A DNA stretch of 61,146 nucleotides, counting the filler. It is 9 parts of 9 records of this genome, joined end to end, with 100 filler letters (N's around TTAATTAATTAA, not from the genome) between each part and the next. Parts side by side here need not be neighbours in the genome. Positions count along the whole stretch, not along the records: positions 1 to 10,288 come from SRR31156797_45300; 8 more parts are not named here. One strand, written 5' to 3'. Made by a program: the position numbers and the translations under genes. Below are positions 1 through 7,921 of this stretch, piece by piece. Numbering within the stretch: the stretch's first letter is position 1; each line of letters begins with the position of its first letter. Under the pieces are notes generated by a model. That model did no database searches. It was not told the origin of the DNA and worked only from the letters and a program-made list of their open reading frames with translations.

Positions 1-833
1 GCTTAGAAACGAAGAAACAATCTGATTGTAATAGCCGTATAGGACAAATAGAAAGGAGTATCACGAAAAACACAAGCCTGAATATTCTTAAGAACAAAAG
101 TGCAGAGATTGAAAGAAAGAACAATGAAATTGCGAAGGTTCAAGTAAAGAAGGCAGACCTGCATAAAAAACTCTCTGATAAGGAAAGTAAGTTATTAAAG
201 TTGAAGCAGGACTTACAAAAGGAAGAAGAAAAAGAGCGTAAGAAACAAGCTGTAGCTGAAGAAAGAGAGCGGAAAAGGCTGGTTGAGTTAGAAAAAAAAC
301 AACGAAGAGAGCAGCTATCCTACCAAAAACAATTGCAAGCAGAGATACAGAAAACAAACGATATTGCGGCTGATATTCAGAGCTCAAGAAATCACTCATC
401 AGTGGCATCGAATGCTGAATATGACTTATTTATTTCTCATGCATCAGAAGATAAAGATGGATTTGTACGACCTTTGGCAGAAACACTCGAAAATATGGGT
501 GTCAAGGTCTGGTATGATGAATTTACCCTAAAAGTCGGAGATAGCCTACGTAAAAGTATTGATCATGGTCTTGCAAAATCCAGATTCGGAACAGTGATTT
601 TGTCTTCCGCATTTTGTTCCAAAAATTGGACACAATATGAGCTGGATTCAATGGTTGCAAGAGAAATGAATGGTCATAAAATGATTCTACCTATATGGCA
701 TAAAATCTCCAAAGACGAAGTTATAAATTTTAGCCCTGCGCTTGCTGACAAGGTGGCACTGAATACATCTATAAGTAGTGTTCAAGAAATTTCAGGTGAA
801 CTTGCCAATGTGATTTTGGGTGTTAAAGAATAA
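1..833 (+). CDS. Coiled-coil + C-terminal TIR domain protein (AbTir/TcpB-like putative NADase), 5'-truncated by the window edge
   Basis: The frame is open from position 3 (LETKKQSDC...). A Lys/Glu-rich coiled coil is followed by YDLFISHASEDK, VWYDEF, GDSLRKSID and WTQYELD with the putative catalytic Glu. The TAA stop overlaps the attC R'' box. Confidence 0.9.
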   Translation, partial: LETKKQSDCNSRIGQIERSITKNTSLNILKNKSAEIERKNNEIAKVQVKKADLHKKLSDKESKLLKLKQDLQKEEEKERKKQAVAEERERKRLVELEKKQRREQLSYQKQLQAEIQKTNDIAADIQSSRNHSSVASNAEYDLFISHASEDKDGFVRPLAETLENMGVKVWYDEFTLKVGDSLRKSIDHGLAKSRFGTVILSSAFCSKNWTQYELDSMVAREMNGHKMILPIWHKISKDEVINFSPALADKVALNTSISSVQEISGELANVILGVKE

Positions 834-885
834 CAATAAAATTCAGGGTTCGCAAAAAAAAGCGCCCCTGATTTAAGCGTTCTGT
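828..885 (+). mobile_element. attC-like integron recombination site 1
   Basis: GAATAAC (R'') - 6 nt - ATTCAGGG (L'') ... CCCTGAT (L', one base shorter, giving an extrahelical base) - 6 nt - GTTCTGT (R'); 58 bp. Confidence 0.8.
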
Positions 886-919
886 TTCAATAGATATAAA
901 CTAAATCCAAGGAGTAACA

Positions 920-1927
920 ATGACTGACAACGTAAAAGAAGAAAGTGATGAAGTTACAAAAACTGGAACGCCACTTGTATTCATAAGTCATGATACTCGA
1001 GATGCAAAACTTGCAGAGGCATTTAGTGCGCTTCTTAAAAGTGTTAGTGCAGGGGTTTTAAAGTCATTCCGAACATCAGACAGAAAAGGAAATCAAGGTA
1101 TTGAGTATGGTGTAGAATGGTATCCAGAAATTATTAAAAATATCCAAAATGCTTCTGATGTTGTTTGTCTTCTTACTGAGAGAAGTGTTGATAGACCTTG
1201 GATTCTTTTTGAAGCAGGAATGGCAAAAGGCAAGTTGGAAACTCCTATACTTGGAGTTGCATTAGGCCTATCGTTAAATGATGCTTCTTCTGGTCCATTT
1301 GCTCAGTTTCAAAATTGTGGCGATGATGAAGATTCATTGACAAAATTAGTTTTCCAATTGGTGGATCGTATCCCAAACTCAGAGCCGGATGAAGCTACAA
1401 TAAAATTCCAAGTTGGTAATTTCAAAAAAACTATTGCTGAGATACTACAATCAACCAAAACAGAGCCAGAACAAACATCAACAGAGATTATCAGTAAAGA
1501 CAATTCTTCTGCTAAACTATTTGAAGAAATTAAAGTAATGTTTCAAGATTTACCATCACGTATTGAAAACAATATACGCCCAGATTTTCGAAATAAAAGA
1601 AAACGACGTTTTCATCCAATGATGTTAGAAGAATTAATGCATATGTCTAAAAATAGAAAAATTGGAATTTTAATAGGCTTAAGTTTTCTGAGAGAAGGAA
1701 TGCCGTGGCTGTATGATGTTGGTCTTGAAGCTTTGAATACAATAGATTCAAACTGCAATATAGAAGAAAAAGAACAAGCTGTTTTTGACTTTCAGGAGGT
1801 TGTGAAACTTTCGTCAGGCCCCATAACGGAAGAGTTTTTGGAAACTAAAGAAGATTTTATACTATATGAAAAAATGCCTCATATACTTATTCGAGGAATG
1901 AAAAGATACTTGGAAAGGAAATTATAA
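920..1927 (+). CDS. N-terminal TIR (TIR_2-like) domain protein with an unassigned helical C-terminal region
   Basis: VFISHDTRD, GIEYGVEW, VVCLLT and PWILFEAG (putative catalytic Glu); RBS AAGGAG upstream. Confidence 0.85.
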   Translation: MTDNVKEESDEVTKTGTPLVFISHDTRDAKLAEAFSALLKSVSAGVLKSFRTSDRKGNQGIEYGVEWYPEIIKNIQNASDVVCLLTERSVDRPWILFEAGMAKGKLETPILGVALGLSLNDASSGPFAQFQNCGDDEDSLTKLVFQLVDRIPNSEPDEATIKFQVGNFKKTIAEILQSTKTEPEQTSTEIISKDNSSAKLFEEIKVMFQDLPSRIENNIRPDFRNKRKRRFHPMMLEELMHMSKNRKIGILIGLSFLREGMPWLYDVGLEALNTIDSNCNIEEKEQAVFDFQEVVKLSSGPITEEFLETKEDFILYEKMPHILIRGMKRYLERKL

Positions 1928-1980
1928 AAAGCATTAAGTGCGACGGCAAACGCCGCCACTCCTTATGCTTGGCGTTGGGC
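1922..1980 (+). mobile_element. attC-like site 2 (degenerate R'')
   Basis: AAGCATTAAG...CTTATGCTT inverted repeat with one unpaired base and an internal GC stem, ending in a canonical R' GTTGGGC (1974-1980). The expected AAC of R'' is not intact. Confidence 0.65.
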
Positions 1981-2076
1981 GGCTTGTAGAGACGCCTTCG
2001 AACAACGCCACAACAAGACTAAAGACATCAAACAAGCAATGTTGCAGTAACTGATTACCGGCAAGACGAGGTTAAA

Positions 2077-3858
2077 ATGAACGGTCAACAAATATCTTTG
2101 AAAACTGTAGATGAATTACGAATGGGAGTATCCGGCGAGATCCTGAAGTTTTTTATTCCCGCTTACCAGAGAGGTTTCCGGTGGTCGACGCTTCAAATTA
2201 CACAGCTTCTGGAAGACATCCGTGAGTTCAATAATCGTCGAAATCCACAGCCAGATGAGTTTTACTGTTTACAACCCCTCGTCATCAAAGTTCGCGCAGG
2301 TGGCGATTACGAGGTTGTGGACGGTCAACAAAGATTGACTACCCTGCTTCTTATTCTCCGCCACTTTAATGAACGTCTTGCTGAAAAATACCGGCAGAAG
2401 CTTTTTACATTGGAGTACGAGACTCGTCCAAGCCTATATGGCTTTCTTGATACGCCAAGTGAAGAAGTTGCTAAAGAAAATGTGGATTTCTTTCATCTCC
2501 ACCACGCCATTCAAGCCATCGAGGACTGGTTTCAGCAACGACCAAGTGAAGTTGAGGCAATTAAGGACACCCTACTCAACAAGACAAAGGTAATCTGGTT
2601 CCAGCTCTCCGATTCAGACAATCCGGTGGAAGCATTCACAAGACTCAATGTCGGTAAAATTCCCTTAACGAATGACGAATTAATACGAGCTCTTTTCCTT
2701 CGTCGGTCCGGACCGGAAGAGAAGGAAACCACAAACCAACAACTGCGAATTGCTTATGAGTGGGACCAACTGGAAAAAGCTCTCCAATTCGATGCTTTTT
2801 GGTACTTCTTGAGCAATCAGCCAGGGAAGGTACAAAACCGCATTGGATTTCTTTTTGAACTTGTGGCCAAGGCCGATGGCTTGGCTCCGGGAACGGAAAA
2901 TGACACCTACGGAATATTCTACACATTTAACCAACGTCTGAAAGCGCCTGGTGTCAAGATAGAAGATGAATGGCTTAAGATAAAAAGAAATTTTATGATG
3001 CTGGAAGAGTGGTTTGAGGACCGCGTATTGTACCACATGGTCGGCTTTCTTGTTAGCAAAGGTATGGATATTAACGATATCCGCGAACTATCCATGGATT
3101 GCACTAAAAGTGCATTCCAACAACTCTTGCGCAGTGAAATATTTCGGAGAGCTGTCGGCGATGAAATGCCTTATCCACCGAATGAGCAAGTCATTCGAGA
3201 GCACGTGGAAAACTTATTGGATGATCTTTCTTACTTATCGAATCCATACAAAATTAGATTCATTCTCCTTCTGTTCAACCTGTCAACTTTGCTTCAAAAT
3301 ACATGTTCAAATATGCGTTTTCAATTTGACAGTTTTAAAAATGAGAGGTGGGACATCGAACATATCCGTTCCGTAACCGATGACAGACCCGAGCGGCACG
3401 ATGCGCGGAGGAACTGGCTTAGCAACGGTCTTGAATACCTTAAATCAAAAGGGACAGAAAAAGATTTGTGTTCAGAGATTGATGCCTTTTTAGAGTTATC
3501 ACAGGTTGAAGCGACTAACGAGATTTTTGATCCTCTTTACGAAAAAATACTGGTTTTTTTCAATGAAGAAACGGAGGCTACGGCCGAGCATGGTATATCC
3601 AACCTTACGTTGCTCGATGAACGAACGAATCGAAGCTATAAAAACGCTGTTTTTGCCGTTAAACGTCACCGTGTTTTGACGCTTGACCAAGCTGGGATAT
3701 TCATTCCTCTCTGCACACGAAATGTGTTCTTAAAATGTTACAACCCCTATGTGGACAATCTGATGTTTTGGAGCGAGGAGGATCGTGAAGGGTATGAAGA
3801 GGCGATAACAAAAGCTCTGGTAAACTTTTTTTGCGGAAAAATAGAGGGAATCCAATGA
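2077..3858 (+). CDS. DUF262 + DUF1524/HNH protein (fused GmrSD-like, type IV restriction-like)
   Basis: DUF262 motifs IPAYQRGFRW, VVDGQQRLTT and FTRLNVGKIPLT; C-terminal HNH-type motifs WDIEHI and SNLTLLDERTNRSYKN. Confidence 0.85.
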   Translation: MNGQQISLKTVDELRMGVSGEILKFFIPAYQRGFRWSTLQITQLLEDIREFNNRRNPQPDEFYCLQPLVIKVRAGGDYEVVDGQQRLTTLLLILRHFNERLAEKYRQKLFTLEYETRPSLYGFLDTPSEEVAKENVDFFHLHHAIQAIEDWFQQRPSEVEAIKDTLLNKTKVIWFQLSDSDNPVEAFTRLNVGKIPLTNDELIRALFLRRSGPEEKETTNQQLRIAYEWDQLEKALQFDAFWYFLSNQPGKVQNRIGFLFELVAKADGLAPGTENDTYGIFYTFNQRLKAPGVKIEDEWLKIKRNFMMLEEWFEDRVLYHMVGFLVSKGMDINDIRELSMDCTKSAFQQLLRSEIFRRAVGDEMPYPPNEQVIREHVENLLDDLSYLSNPYKIRFILLLFNLSTLLQNTCSNMRFQFDSFKNERWDIEHIRSVTDDRPERHDARRNWLSNGLEYLKSKGTEKDLCSEIDAFLELSQVEATNEIFDPLYEKILVFFNEETEATAEHGISNLTLLDERTNRSYKNAVFAVKRHRVLTLDQAGIFIPLCTRNVFLKCYNPYVDNLMFWSEEDREGYEEAITKALVNFFCGKIEGIQ

Positions 3859-6260
3859 GCCTTGGCAGCAAACTCATATACAAGGAATTACTTCGGCGGC
3901 ACAAGCGCATCCGGGTTCCAATGATTCAGCGAGATTATGCGCAAGGACGTCCGGAGGAGTCAGAAGTTCGGGAAGAATTTTTGTCTGCTTTAAAAGAAGC
4001 TTTGCAAAAATCGACCGATGATCCGACATTGCCAATGAATCTCGACTTCATTTACGGTAGCGTTGAGGGCGACGAAGAAACCCGTTTCCTTCCTCTTGAT
4101 GGCCAACAAAGATTGACGACTCTATTTCTTCTTCACTGGTATCTTGCATGGAAAGATGACCAGTGGGAAGTCTTTGAGGAACTATTCCAAGCCGATGGCA
4201 AGGCGCGATTTGCCTACAGTGTTCGTCCAAGTAGCAACGAATTTTTTGACGAGTTGGTGAGCTTTCAACCGTCAGTGTCCACGAGCGATGTAGATGATTT
4301 GATCCAGCTGATTACTGACCAGCCTTGGTATTTCCGAAACTGGCGGCTCGACCCGACGATACAGGCCTCACTTTGTATGATGGGGAGTATTCATTATAAG
4401 TTTAGGATGTTATCGGGATTGTTCTCCAGATTGATAGATGAAGAAAAGCCTGCTATAACATTCCAACTGCTTGATTTGGAAAATTTCGGTCTCTCAGACG
4501 ATCTTTACATCAAAATGAACGCACGAGGGAAACCCCTAACAGCCTTTGAGACCTTCAAAGCTCGTTACGAGTTAGAGCTAAAGACGCTATTAGAAGACAC
4601 CTCCTTTAAACTTGGCGGGCAGCATTTTAATGCTTCGGAATATTTCGCTCGTCGAATGGACACAACTTGGGCCGATCTTTTTTGGAAACTACGGGATGAT
4701 GCTAACGACCTTTACGATGATGCTATCATGAATGTCTTTCGGGCCGTAGCGCTTGTTTCTCGCCAACCAAATCACCAAGAATATATTAAGGATGTAAATA
4801 TACTAAGAAATAGGGCTCCCTCATACACCGAATTTAATTCACATGGTTGGCTTGATAAACGCTTTACAATAGTACTCATTTATTTGTTAGATTCGTGGAG
4901 TGGAGATAACAGCAAACTAAATCGTTTACTACCAAATGATCAATTTTTTAATGAAGAATCATTTTTTCAAAAGGTTGTTTCGAATGGAGCAAATCTTGTT
5001 TACACGGAAATTGTTCAAATCGCAGCCTATTCAGCATTCATTGTCAAACATCAGCCCGCCGTTGATTCAAATGTTTTCCAGGAATGGATGCGAATCATCC
5101 TTAATCTTTCCATTAACACTGACTACAACCGTCCATCTGACCTCCAACGCAGTATCCGCGGTTTTGATGAAATGCTTGAGATTTCGGGGGATGTCCTTCT
5201 GCATTTTGAACAAACTGAAAAACCTGCCAGCGGATTTAGTGCTCAGCAAATTGCTGAGGAAAAATTGAAAGCCGAACTGATACTGGCCAATGATGATTGG
5301 AGAACTTTGATAAATCGTGCTGAAGGTCACGGCTACTTTCGAGGCCAGATAGAATTCCTTTTGGACTTTTCCGGGGCGATTGCTGCCAGAAAGACATCAG
5401 AACCAGGGCGATGGGAGGCAGAGAAACATTCGGCTATTCAGGAGAGTTTTTTAAGATATCTTCGCTTGGCAGAAATGATGTTTTCGCCCGATGGCTTAAT
5501 AAATCCCGGTGAATATCGCTGGCAAAGGGCACTGCTTAGTATTGGAGACTACCTGCTGCCTAAAGGTCGTAATGTTTCTTTTCTTGTGAATCCTGCAACC
5601 GATGAGGCGAGTTGGAAACGGCTGCTAAAAGGAACTCGGCGAGGACTCATTGATAAAAGAAAAGTTTTACAGCAGCTATGGGACTGTTTGACGCCGGATG
5701 ACGATATATCTGATCAGCTTGACAAAATCATTAAAGCATCTCAACTGATTAATCCTTGGCGAGATGCATTAATAAATTGTCCTGAGGCTATCGGGTTTTG
5801 TGAGAAAAATTATATCCGTATCGAGAGAGTTAATAAGGTTTATTTACTCAAGAAGACACAGATGAATGGGTATCATGCGGAACTTTTTACTTTTTGCTTG
5901 TATGAAAAGACGCTAAAGAATCTTAAGGAGACTGGGAGGCTGAAGTCACTGAAACTTCTGTCTTATCAGTCGGTTGTTGGTTCTGATATTGAGCCGGGTG
6001 TTTCTATTGTATTTCGTCATGACGACAATGATCTTCGCTTTGAAGTTGAGTACCGTAATGGTCGCTTTCTCATCGAGATACAAAGCGAAAAAGTTACCCC
6101 TTTCCCCATAATCGAATCAATATTGACTAAAAAACTAAATTTCTCAAAGAGGGATTCTTACTACACTCAGGAATCAAGTCCAGATGGTATTGAGGGTTCA
6201 ATCCTTAAATTTGCTGAAGAACTATCAAATTTTCAAAATTTGGAGGAGAATGATGCCTAA
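3855..6260 (+). CDS. DUF262 domain protein with a long unassigned C-terminal region
   Basis: VPMIQRDYAQG, PLDGQQRLTT and YIKMNARGKPLT; the ATG at 3855 overlaps the upstream stop (ATGA); no HNH motif seen. Confidence 0.85.
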   Translation: MSLGSKLIYKELLRRHKRIRVPMIQRDYAQGRPEESEVREEFLSALKEALQKSTDDPTLPMNLDFIYGSVEGDEETRFLPLDGQQRLTTLFLLHWYLAWKDDQWEVFEELFQADGKARFAYSVRPSSNEFFDELVSFQPSVSTSDVDDLIQLITDQPWYFRNWRLDPTIQASLCMMGSIHYKFRMLSGLFSRLIDEEKPAITFQLLDLENFGLSDDLYIKMNARGKPLTAFETFKARYELELKTLLEDTSFKLGGQHFNASEYFARRMDTTWADLFWKLRDDANDLYDDAIMNVFRAVALVSRQPNHQEYIKDVNILRNRAPSYTEFNSHGWLDKRFTIVLIYLLDSWSGDNSKLNRLLPNDQFFNEESFFQKVVSNGANLVYTEIVQIAAYSAFIVKHQPAVDSNVFQEWMRIILNLSINTDYNRPSDLQRSIRGFDEMLEISGDVLLHFEQTEKPASGFSAQQIAEEKLKAELILANDDWRTLINRAEGHGYFRGQIEFLLDFSGAIAARKTSEPGRWEAEKHSAIQESFLRYLRLAEMMFSPDGLINPGEYRWQRALLSIGDYLLPKGRNVSFLVNPATDEASWKRLLKGTRRGLIDKRKVLQQLWDCLTPDDDISDQLDKIIKASQLINPWRDALINCPEAIGFCEKNYIRIERVNKVYLLKKTQMNGYHAELFTFCLYEKTLKNLKETGRLKSLKLLSYQSVVGSDIEPGVSIVFRHDDNDLRFEVEYRNGRFLIEIQSEKVTPFPIIESILTKKLNFSKRDSYYTQESSPDGIEGSILKFAEELSNFQNLEENDA

Positions 6261-6386
6261 GAAAGTTCGACCGGGAACATTACGTGATTCTTAATAATTC
6301 TGGTAATAAGTTCGATTTATGGCCTGTAACAAAATATACTGAAAAATTATAATTCAACTGAATGAGATTTCATAATAGAAAAAATA

Positions 6387-6444
6387 TGCCAACCTATAAA
6401 TCCAGCGGCCCCAAAGGATCGGGCCGCTGATTAAATCGTTATAT
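6387..6444 (+). mobile_element. attC-like site 3
   Basis: TGCCAAC - 6 nt - ATCCAGCGGCCC ... GGGCCGCTGAT - 6 nt - GTTATAT; one extrahelical base in the L boxes; 58 bp with the same geometry as site 1. Confidence 0.85.
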
Positions 6445-6465
6445 GAAACCAATAGGTAATGATGT

Positions 6466-7698
6466 ATGAGAATTTCGACCAATGCTAAAACAGAAAGAAT
6501 TGGTGTTCAAATTGTTGGAGAAAAATTTGAACGATATGGATATATTTTTCGTGAGCAACCGATAAGTGATTATGGAATTGATGCACATATCGAAGTTGTT
6601 AAAGGTGATATCGTAACAGGTCAATTGATTGCAGTTCAAATCAAATCTGGTTCATCTTGGTTTAAGGAAGAAGGCGATGACTGTTACGTTTATAGAGGTG
6701 ACAAAAAGCATCTTGATTATTGGCTTGAGCACTCACTACCTGTAATAGTTGTTTTGTGCGACATCTCGGGTTCTCGATGTTACTGGCAGGCAATAACTCC
6801 ATCGAACATAATCCCAACAGAAAAGGCTTGGAAAATTAACGTACCAAAACTGCAACTTATCAACCCTGGTATGAACATTGATATAGAAAGACTTGTTAAT
6901 AAACTACCTGTTTATAAAAGTTACACAGTCGTTTCTACAGGAGATGTAAGCCTTGGTGCTGCAAAAAGGTATTCCCTTAGAATTATATTAAACCGTGAGC
7001 ACACTCAGGCTGAAATACTAGATGTTATCAAGTCTGCAACATTTGAAGCAATTAACTGTGAATGTCATAGAAATGAAATTAATAGAAAATATTGGCGAAA
7101 AACACCGGCACATGTGGTGTGGCTATTAATTTATCCATCGGCAGAAGATGAAAAAAACAATAATTATATTTGTCGATCTGAATGGTTTTCAGAAATTTTA
7201 AATCCAAAATTTCTTCCCGTATCAAATGGAGGAGAAGAAATTTACCCCAACCTAAGGGTTGATTGGAATAACAACTACCTAACATGGTCAAAGACTCAAG
7301 CAAGTAATACTTCTACAAAAGAATCATTTATCTGTAGAGTAACATCTCTCACAAATCAAACCATGCCTTTAGTTCATCAAGCGGTAAAAACTTTAGACCA
7401 ATATGAAAAATATGAAATAGACTTTTCATATTTAACAAGAATTTTAACTAAAAATTTCAAAAAAATAGACAAACTATATATGAACGGTATTAACATGGGC
7501 CTTGCATCTTATGAGTGCAAAGACCTAAGCACTAAATTTCAGTTAATTATCGCCCATGCTCATAATGTTTATTTGCCATTCAGTGGCATTGGTAAAGGTT
7601 TTGGTTTGGAACAAACAATATTCAATATCAAGAGCCAAGCAAAGTATTATTATGAAATAATTAAAGAGTTTAATTCTGAATTAAAAAAAGCTCAATAA
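6466..7698 (+). CDS. DUF4365 (PD-(D/E)XK-like) N-terminal domain protein with an unknown C-terminal domain
   Basis: TERIGV...FREQPISDYGIDAHIE...AVQIKSG...HLDYWLEHSLPVIVV pattern. Confidence 0.8.
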   Translation: MRISTNAKTERIGVQIVGEKFERYGYIFREQPISDYGIDAHIEVVKGDIVTGQLIAVQIKSGSSWFKEEGDDCYVYRGDKKHLDYWLEHSLPVIVVLCDISGSRCYWQAITPSNIIPTEKAWKINVPKLQLINPGMNIDIERLVNKLPVYKSYTVVSTGDVSLGAAKRYSLRIILNREHTQAEILDVIKSATFEAINCECHRNEINRKYWRKTPAHVVWLLIYPSAEDEKNNNYICRSEWFSEILNPKFLPVSNGGEEIYPNLRVDWNNNYLTWSKTQASNTSTKESFICRVTSLTNQTMPLVHQAVKTLDQYEKYEIDFSYLTRILTKNFKKIDKLYMNGINMGLASYECKDLSTKFQLIIAHAHNVYLPFSGIGKGFGLEQTIFNIKSQAKYYYEIIKEFNSELKKAQ

Positions 7699-7700
7699 CG

Positions 7701-7831
7701 ATTTAACAAACGATTGTAGGGACAGCAAAGGCTTACCTTTTTGTCTGTTTAATATTTTTCAGTCAAACAAAACATTAAGGTCATTTAAAAATATTCGTTT
7801 CCCTTGCTACCCCACAGCTCATACGTTTAAG
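7701..7831 (+). mobile_element. attC-like site 4 (long type)
   Basis: ATTTAAC - 6 nt - TTGTAGGGACAGCAAAGG ... CCTTGCTACCCCACAG - 7 nt - GTTTAAG; 131 bp, starting 3 bp after the gene stop. Confidence 0.65.
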
Positions 7832-7921
7832 CCAGGACTAAAGGATAAATAAGGCCATGGGACATGAAAGTGAATTGTTTTACAATTTTGAATGTGCTGG
7901 TGGAATAGGCTGATAAATAAT

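Noticed and set aside
1-1927. Two adjacent TIR genes as a Thoeris system
   Set aside because: No ThsA-type (Sir2/Macro/SLOG) effector is in view, and an attC-like site separates the genes.
828-7831. Intergenic hairpins as plain rho-independent terminators
   Set aside because: They lack proper U-tracts and share AAC/GTT cores, fixed spacers and a bulged base, which fits attC sites better.
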